A stretch of DNA of 64,000 nucleotides from Spirochaetia bacterium (GTDB lineage: Bacteria; Spirochaetota; Spirochaetia; CADAEX01). Every line of letters begins with the position of its first letter. The first letter of the stretch is position 1. The stretch spans positions 64,001 to 128,000 of the forward strand of contig CAXXHA010000036.1 in assembly GCA_963662265.2 (NCBI GenBank), read 5' to 3'. The notes under the pieces are model-generated. The model worked only from the letters and a program-made list of their open reading frames with translations. It was not told the origin of the DNA and ran no database searches. This document shows positions 57,202-64,000 of the stretch, piece by piece. Both the position numbers and the translations under genes were made by a program.

Positions 57202-60200
57202 ATGACTCTTCAGGAAAGTTCGGTAATATATTCCAGGCACCGGGTAAGGGGTATCTTTGTTTTACTCATTTCTTTATGTTTCATCATTCCTCCTGCTTTT
57301 AATCTTTCCCCTCATTTTTATCCGGAGACTTGTGAAAAAAATATCACGGTTCAATTTGAATACGATGGAGCTTTTGAAAATGATATTGAAAAACTGATTG
57401 ATAAGCTGGAACAGAGTCTTTCTTCCCTGTCAGGACTTGAGTCGATTTATTCAGTCTCGGAATCTGAAAAAGGCACAGTCTACTGCTCTTTCTCTGAAAA
57501 GAAAGATTTTGATGAGGCATACATGGAGGTACGGGACTGTGTAAGGAGAGTATATAGTCTTTTCCCTGAAAATGTTCAGAGGCCGGTTTTTCTGAAAAGC
57601 GGTTTTAATAATTCCCCTGTATTTGCCTCCTCGTTCAATACAGATACATTCAAAGACAGTGAAGAACTTGAAAGGGCTTTCAGGGAAATAAAGGGGTGCA
57701 GCGACGCGGAAACCGGGGGAGAATTGATCAGTGAAATCATTGTAATTCCCGATGCTGAAAAAATACATTCATCAGTTTTTAATTTCAGCAGCATTATCAG
57801 CAGAATAAGATCTGAAAATACTTCTGCAGTTGTTACTCCTCCCGGCAGAAAACAGATTAAGGCAGGAGTAAAAATTAAAAATGTCAGAGATATTGAGAAA
57901 ATATATTTATCAGATTTAAATAAGATTGCTGATTATAATTCAATAAGACTCCGTAAAAAGGAACCGGATTCTGAGGGGCGTATTGACGGGGAAAAAAGAC
58001 TGATTCTCTATGCCATGAAAGAGGGGGAAAGCAGTGTTATTGAAGTCTGCAGGGATTTTGCAGAATTAACAGAAAAACTGGGAGGAGATATAGTTTTCAA
58101 CAGAGGCGAAGAGATAGAAAAAGCTCTTTTTGAAACAGCTCTGTCTGTTTCTGCCGGTATAATTGCAGTCATTATTACAGCGCTTCTTTATTTCCGGAAT
58201 ATTTCGTTTTCACTCCTTGTCATACTGAATATTCTCTTTTCAATAACAGCATCTGCTGCCTGCCTTGAAATAACTCATCACAATCTTGATGTGATAACCC
58301 TCTCAGGAATGGCTGTTGTCTCAGGTCTTGCTATAGATAATTCAATAATTTTTCTTGAAAAATATAAAAGAAAAAAGTGCTGCATTGGGAAAGCTGTTTC
58401 AGAAACAATATATTCTCTTCTTTTCTCTTTATTAACAACCTGTATTGTGTTTGTCCCGTTGATATTTGCATCATTAAAACTCAAAACAATGTTCAGCGGC
58501 ATGGCAGTTTCTGTTTCATCCGGCTTACTTGCATCATTCCTGTTTACCTTTTATTTTGTCCCTCTCTTTTTAAACCGGGAAAGCAGTATTTCAGAATATA
58601 AAGCTTCTGGAAATATTATTGATCATGGCATATTTGAAATAAAAAGTTTAAATAATAATCCGGTCAATAATATTTATAACGATAAAACCGAAACATCTGA
58701 TAAAACAGTAATCAGTAATTTTATAAACAGCATAAAGGGAATGCTGAGTAAAATATTTCGTAAAACAGTTAAAATACTTTCCTTTAATAAATTTTACCCG
58801 GTAATGCTTCTTGCCGCGCTTACCTGTATATCTTGCCTTATGTTTTCCCTGACTGAATACAGCCCTTTCAGTTTTGAAAGCAGAAACAGATTAACCCTGT
58901 TACTGGAATTCCCGGCAGGTAGCAGTTTCCAGAGCCTTAAAAAAACAGCATTTTCCGTTGAAAAAGAGCTTCTTGATTATATAAGCGAAATAAATGTAGA
59001 TAACGCAGAGTCTTCGATATCCCCGGACAACAGGGTTAGAAGTGAGTTCCATGATTCATCGGCTGCACAGATTGCCGGAAATAAAGAGAATGTACAGGAT
59101 GGAATATCTCTTGTTCTGAAAACAGGTAAAGAAAGAGCCCGGTTTGATATTAAGGCTCCTGATAGAAAATATCCTGGTTTAATCCGCCTGAAAACTGATG
59201 AAATATCATTGAAATACCCTGATCTTTATTTCCATTATCCCTCTTCTTCAGAATCTGTTAATTATTATGATATAACCATATACGGAAGAAATATTGAGAA
59301 CACAGCATATGATGCGTACAGGATTGGGAAAGCGATTGAAGCAAAATGCGGGAACCTTAAAACAGTCTACCATTTCAAACAGCCTTCTGAAGGGCTGAAA
59401 GTTGTTTTCAACATAGATAAGGCTTTTTCCTCTTCAATATCCCCGGATTCAGGGGCGAAATATATTTATACCCTGCTTACTTCCCCTGTTATAGCCAGGT
59501 ATTACTCAAACGGAACTGAACAGGATATAAGGTTCGGCTCATCAGTTTTTTATACACCAGAGACTCTGAAAAAACTGACACTCTCCGGTTCTAACTCCCC
59601 TGATAATAAAAGTGTAAAAACACTGGAAGATATCGCGGATTTTGTTCAGGATTCTCCTCCGGGCAGGATTTATCACAGGAACAGGCAGAGAGCACTGTCA
59701 ATGTCTGTGACAGGAGTGGGAGGGAAAAAGGAAGCCGCTGTAATAGAAAGAATCCTGTCTGAATTTGATTTTAAAGACGGCTGCCGTGGGGAAGGGGGCG
59801 TTATATATAATGAAAAAAAAGGGGAAAGGGGAGAACTTCTGCTTTTAATCTCTCTGTCATTCTTTTTCATAATTACCGTGCTTGTTGTTCAGTTTGAATC
59901 ATGTAAGATCCCTCTTCTCATAACTGCAGGGATCCCCTCATCTTTCCTCCTTCCTCTTTCTGTTATCCTTGTAACTGGAATGGATTTAAATGCATCCACA
60001 GCTCTTGCGCTTATTCTCTCATCCGGTATCTGTGTTAATAATTCAATTCTTGTCTTGAGCCCTTTTAAATGTAAAAAGATAATTACTCATGAAATGCTTA
60101 TATCCTCCTTATCCGGTAAAACCTGGGCAATACTGACAGCCTCATTTACAACAATCTTAAGCATCTTCCCTTTAATTATAACAGGTCCAGGCAGTATACT

Positions 60201-60300
60201 CGCACCTTTTTCAATTGTTCTTTCCTCTGGTATTCTCGGTTCACTGCTGATTCTGCCTGTTATAATTTCTTCATGCTGTACAGAAATGAAAATTAAATAA
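57202..60300 (+). CDS. Highly divergent RND transporter permease subunit
   Basis: RND layout; GLAIDNSII, TTCIVFVP, IYHRNRQR, VQFES and GICVNNSIL. Confidence 0.85.
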   Translation: MTLQESSVIYSRHRVRGIFVLLISLCFIIPPAFNLSPHFYPETCEKNITVQFEYDGAFENDIEKLIDKLEQSLSSLSGLESIYSVSESEKGTVYCSFSEKKDFDEAYMEVRDCVRRVYSLFPENVQRPVFLKSGFNNSPVFASSFNTDTFKDSEELERAFREIKGCSDAETGGELISEIIVIPDAEKIHSSVFNFSSIISRIRSENTSAVVTPPGRKQIKAGVKIKNVRDIEKIYLSDLNKIADYNSIRLRKKEPDSEGRIDGEKRLILYAMKEGESSVIEVCRDFAELTEKLGGDIVFNRGEEIEKALFETALSVSAGIIAVIITALLYFRNISFSLLVILNILFSITASAACLEITHHNLDVITLSGMAVVSGLAIDNSIIFLEKYKRKKCCIGKAVSETIYSLLFSLLTTCIVFVPLIFASLKLKTMFSGMAVSVSSGLLASFLFTFYFVPLFLNRESSISEYKASGNIIDHGIFEIKSLNNNPVNNIYNDKTETSDKTVISNFINSIKGMLSKIFRKTVKILSFNKFYPVMLLAALTCISCLMFSLTEYSPFSFESRNRLTLLLEFPAGSSFQSLKKTAFSVEKELLDYISEINVDNAESSISPDNRVRSEFHDSSAAQIAGNKENVQDGISLVLKTGKERARFDIKAPDRKYPGLIRLKTDEISLKYPDLYFHYPSSSESVNYYDITIYGRNIENTAYDAYRIGKAIEAKCGNLKTVYHFKQPSEGLKVVFNIDKAFSSSISPDSGAKYIYTLLTSPVIARYYSNGTEQDIRFGSSVFYTPETLKKLTLSGSNSPDNKSVKTLEDIADFVQDSPPGRIYHRNRQRALSMSVTGVGGKKEAAVIERILSEFDFKDGCRGEGGVIYNEKKGERGELLLLISLSFFFIITVLVVQFESCKIPLLITAGIPSSFLLPLSVILVTGMDLNASTALALILSSGICVNNSILVLSPFKCKKIITHEMLISSLSGKTWAILTASFTTILSIFPLIITGPGSILAPFSIVLSSGILGSLLILPVIISSCCTEMKIK

Positions 60301-60465
60301 ACTCACCATTCATTCTGTTAATGAGATGTTTGTATGCCGCATTTTAATCAGAATTTAAAATTATAGAAAAAACAGTTAAATAAAGTTATTATATATAAAT
60401 ATTGGTTTAAAACTGCTGAAATAATTACTGATGCATTTTTTGTCTGGTCTTGCAAGGGGGCATTT

Positions 60466-62070
60466 TTGGAAGAACTGTACAGGATGATTCTTGTCGATGA
60501 TGAAGATGAGGTCCGGGGACGGATATCGTCAAAGATCTCGCTGGAAAGCGGGTTTTCTGTAGTGGGAACTGCAGGGAACGGATATGATGCTATAGAACTT
60601 ATCGAAAAATACTCACCTCACATCGTTCTTACAGATATAAAAATGCCTTTTATAGACGGTATTGAACTTGCCTCAATAATCAAGCGGGATTATCCGACAA
60701 TAAGGGTTGCTTTTATTACAGGATATGATGAGTTTGATTACGCAAGGGAGGCAATTGACCTTGGTGTTGTCAGTTATCTTACCAAGCCTCTTACCCAGAA
60801 CGATGTTTCAAAATTCCTTAAGAAGCTGAAAGTAGATCTTGATAATGAATTCCAGGAAAAGTACAGCCTTGAAAAGCTGAAGAAAAAATATGAGCAGAGT
60901 ATTCCGCTTGTTATAGACAACTATTTCAGTTCATGCCTTGTTTCTTCTCGCTCCGAGAGAGGGGATGATATTGAAACTCTCAAGAATTACGGTGTATCGC
61001 TTGATGATGCAAGTTATCTGCTTTCTTTTATCAGGATTGACCGGTCTGATAAGGGAGATGTTGTGGAACTTGAGAAACTGAAACTTTCTGTAAGGTCTGT
61101 GATTAATTCAATCCTGGAAAGGCACAAGTATGATCATTACAGTTTCATGTTTGCCGATGGAATTGTCTTTGTTATAAAGGAGAAGGGAAAGCTTTTTCTT
61201 AAAGATATAGACAGTGTATTCTTTGAAATGGTTAAAATGGCTGAAAAATATCTATCTACGAATATAGATATTGGTGTGAGTTCTCTTCACAGGGAATTCT
61301 CTGAACTTTATTCAGCATATGAAGAGGCTTCAAACGCTATTGCATACAGCAAATTCCTCAATGCGGGAAGAATTGTCTATATTGACCAGCTTGAGAAAAA
61401 AACTCCGAGTTACCTGAGTCTTGGGGAAGCTGATATCAAGAATATTGAATACACTGCAAGATTCGGTACTGATTCTGAAATCAGGAACGTGATGGAAACA
61501 CTTAAGCTGAATGCTTTAAGGGATAATAAGACTATTACAAATTATCAGCTCTATATCATAAATATGATGAATGTTCTTGTTAATTTCGCGAATTCAATCG
61601 AGGCTGATCTTACCGAGATTGCGGAAGGTGATATTCTGGAGCGAATAACCAGGTTCAGGAGTCTTGACCAGCTTTTTGACTGGGTTCTTTCTGTACTGAT
61701 CAAGCTCAGGGAACGGAACCTGCATACAAAAATGAGTAATTCAAGAAAAATGCTTGAAAAGTCTGTAGCATATATTGATTCAAATTTTCAGGATCCCGGG
61801 ATTTCCATGGACAGGGTTTGCGAGGAGTTCGGGATAAGTGTTTCCTATTTGAGCCTGCTTTTCAAGAAAGATATGGGAACCACATTTGTCAAATATCTTA
61901 CAGGCCTGAGAATAGATAAAGCGAAAGAGCTTCTGAAGCTTACAGGCGACAGGATTGTTGAAATTGCAGAGCAGTGCGGTTTCAATGATGTATATTATTT
62001 CAGTCACTGTTTTAAAAAACATACAGGAGTTTCCCCGAAGAAATACCGTGAAGAACAGAATACTCTATAA
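60466..62070 (+). CDS. Two-component response regulator, REC + AraC HTH (YesN-like)
   Basis: LVDDE, TDIKMP, ITGYDEFDYA and YLTKP; C-terminal AraC signature IAEQCGFNDVYYFSHCFKKHTGVSP. Confidence 0.95.
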   Translation: MEELYRMILVDDEDEVRGRISSKISLESGFSVVGTAGNGYDAIELIEKYSPHIVLTDIKMPFIDGIELASIIKRDYPTIRVAFITGYDEFDYAREAIDLGVVSYLTKPLTQNDVSKFLKKLKVDLDNEFQEKYSLEKLKKKYEQSIPLVIDNYFSSCLVSSRSERGDDIETLKNYGVSLDDASYLLSFIRIDRSDKGDVVELEKLKLSVRSVINSILERHKYDHYSFMFADGIVFVIKEKGKLFLKDIDSVFFEMVKMAEKYLSTNIDIGVSSLHREFSELYSAYEEASNAIAYSKFLNAGRIVYIDQLEKKTPSYLSLGEADIKNIEYTARFGTDSEIRNVMETLKLNALRDNKTITNYQLYIINMMNVLVNFANSIEADLTEIAEGDILERITRFRSLDQLFDWVLSVLIKLRERNLHTKMSNSRKMLEKSVAYIDSNFQDPGISMDRVCEEFGISVSYLSLLFKKDMGTTFVKYLTGLRIDKAKELLKLTGDRIVEIAEQCGFNDVYYFSHCFKKHTGVSPKKYREEQNTL

Positions 62071-64000
62071 TTTTTCAATAGGCCAGAATATCCTTATAAC
62101 AACTCTCGGAATTGTAATGACAGTTCTTTTTGTTACAAGCACTGTCTACTACACAGTTTTTTCAAACAGGATTAATTCACTTATAGAAAGCCAGTCACGG
62201 GAAATCAACAAACAGATTGTTCTTAATTATGAAAGTTATATAAACAGTGTAATTGAAACATCCAATTATATTCAGGCTTCCTCTCTGAACCTGGATGTTG
62301 AAGATTCCTATGACGAGCTTCAGGATATTTATCACTATAATTCCGAGATAAAGAAAGATGTTGTTTCTATTTTCCTTTTTGATGAGAATGGCGAGAAAAT
62401 CCTGGGAAACAGCCCTGACAATTCCCGTTTTTATGATATTTCTGATGAGAATTGGTTTTATAAAGCGCTCAGGGAAAAGACAACATTCCATTTTTCAGCT
62501 CCCCACAGGCAGAGTCTTGTCAATAACGGAGACGAAGAGGTGATTTCTGTTTCAAGATCAGTAAAATACAGCGAATCCGGAATTGAAAAAGATGGTATTC
62601 TCCTTATTGAGCTTAACTTCAGAAACCTGACCGATCTTGCCGACAAGACCAATCTGGGTATAGGCGGTCATATCCTTATTCTCAATGATGAGGATTCAAT
62701 AATATATCTTTCCGGAAAAAGGAACAGGGAGGAAGTTCCTGAAAGCATTGATATTGCTGTTAATAATTATCTAGGCGGGTTCAAAACCAGGATTGATTCG
62801 ATGGAGATGTATGTAAACATCAATACACTTATCCAGACCAGGTGGCGTATTGTCACAATAAACAATGTTAATGAACTTTCCCTTGCCCGAAATGAGATGC
62901 TTATTATTCTTTTTGCTATTTTTATACTCAGTTTTGCAGGAACTGCTTTTGTCTCATTTGTTATTTCAAGAAGAATTACAGAGCCTCTTTTTCAGCTTAA
63001 AAAGAGCATGCTTAAGATAGAAAGAGGCGATTTTCATACGACTGTTGAAGTAAGCGGCCAGAAAGAGGTTGTCCGCCTTTCCATGGCATTCAACAGGATG
63101 CTTGAAGAGATAAGCCGGCTTATGAGCAGGGTTGTAAATGAGCAGAAGGAAAAGAGAAAGACTGAATTAAAGGCGCTGCAGAACCAGATAAATCCCCACT
63201 TTCTCTACAATACACTTGATTCCATAGTGTGGCTTGCAGAGAACAAGAGGACTGACGATGTAATTACAACAGTCATAGCACTTGCAAGGTTTTTCAGGAT
63301 AAGTATTTCAAAAGGGGCCACATATATCCCTGTCAAAGATGAAATTTCCCATATCAAGAATTATCTGACAATTCAGAAAATCAGGTATGTCGATAAATTC
63401 GAATATACTTTCGAGATAGACCCTGAAGTCTATGACTTCAAGGTTATGAAGCTTATTCTTCAGCCTATTGTTGAGAATGCAATCTATCACGGCGTGGGGG
63501 ACGAAACAGAGCAGATAACAATAAGGTCATATCTAGAGGGTGATTTTCTTGTATTTGAAGTTGAAAATTCCGGTTACGGTATTACTGATGAACGTATTGA
63601 GGAGATTTACCAGGTCCTTAAAGGGGAGCACTCGAAAAGCAGCGTTGGTATGCGGAATGTTTATCTGCGGCTTAAGCTTTTTTACGGGGATGAAGCAGAT
63701 ATCAGGATAACAAGCGAGCTTGATGAAATGACTCTTATCAGGCTGCTTATACCTGTCGGCTCAGCTGTCCGGGAATCTTTTCTAAGCAGCAGTCCTGATT
63801 CTTCAGGCTCATCGGCGGAAAAAATTAAGCCTTCTTCAGGTTCAGATGGAAGTGCGGGCAGGGGAGTTGATAGCCATTATTCTGAATCTGCTCCGGCTGA
63901 AAACAGCAGGGGAAGCAGTCCTTCCAGCTCAGGGTCAGGAAGCCCTGAAGGGGAAAAAGATCCTGTTTTACATGATGAGGCCGGCAGTGAAAACACTAAT
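62048..64000 (+). CDS. Sensor histidine kinase (YesM-like: TM-Cache-TM-HAMP-His_kinase-HATPase), runs off the window
   Basis: Absent from the ORF track because it has no stop. My translation from GTG 62048 gives LKALQNQINPHFLYNTLDSI, LILQPIVENAIYHG, VENSGYGI and VGMRNV, and the frame stays open to 64000. Confidence 0.92.
   Translation, partial: MKNRILYNFSIGQNILITTLGIVMTVLFVTSTVYYTVFSNRINSLIESQSREINKQIVLNYESYINSVIETSNYIQASSLNLDVEDSYDELQDIYHYNSEIKKDVVSIFLFDENGEKILGNSPDNSRFYDISDENWFYKALREKTTFHFSAPHRQSLVNNGDEEVISVSRSVKYSESGIEKDGILLIELNFRNLTDLADKTNLGIGGHILILNDEDSIIYLSGKRNREEVPESIDIAVNNYLGGFKTRIDSMEMYVNINTLIQTRWRIVTINNVNELSLARNEMLIILFAIFILSFAGTAFVSFVISRRITEPLFQLKKSMLKIERGDFHTTVEVSGQKEVVRLSMAFNRMLEEISRLMSRVVNEQKEKRKTELKALQNQINPHFLYNTLDSIVWLAENKRTDDVITTVIALARFFRISISKGATYIPVKDEISHIKNYLTIQKIRYVDKFEYTFEIDPEVYDFKVMKLILQPIVENAIYHGVGDETEQITIRSYLEGDFLVFEVENSGYGITDERIEEIYQVLKGEHSKSSVGMRNVYLRLKLFYGDEADIRITSELDEMTLIRLLIPVGSAVRESFLSSSPDSSGSSAEKIKPSSGSDGSAGRGVDSHYSESAPAENSRGSSPSSSGSGSPEGEKDPVLHDEAGSENTN

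Noticed and set aside
1-64000. CRISPR arrays, tRNA/rRNA genes, integrases, prophage or anti-phage defence genes
   Set aside because: No regularly spaced direct repeats, cloverleaf or rRNA-like sequence, or recognisable recombinase, phage or defence motifs were seen by eye; tRNAscan, CRISPRCasFinder and DefenseFinder would confirm.

Overview
Bacterial chromosomal window, most likely from a free-living anaerobic spirochaete. This is inferred from the prfA-prmC-rel gene order, an SthK-like CNG channel and spirochaete-style lipoproteins. It holds about 44 CDS and no recognisable rRNA, tRNA, CRISPR array or intact transposase. Housekeeping genes include trmL, rel, prmC, prfA, a DEAD-box helicase, slyD and a ROK kinase. 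The most notable items are: (1) a pore-less voltage-sensor membrane protein with a 7-charge S4, a HAMP-like segment, an acidic tail and a coiled coil, co-transcribed with an unknown protein just downstream of a cyclic-nucleotide-gated K+ channel (13.5-17.8 kb); (2) an 8-gene envelope operon encoding TPR and other lipoproteins, TolC, an MFP, two Ig-like lipoproteins and two divergent RND permeases with eroded proton-relay motifs, starting right after a truncated NUDIX gene (46.9-60.3 kb); (3) a cstA / small protein / ArsA(Get3)-like ATPase / membrane protein module; (4) a yjdF riboswitch with its cognate gene; (5) tandem Wzi-like genes with a frameshifted glf, next to a solo IS3-like end and a candidate sRNA. 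All calls come from reading motifs by eye; no database searches were run.
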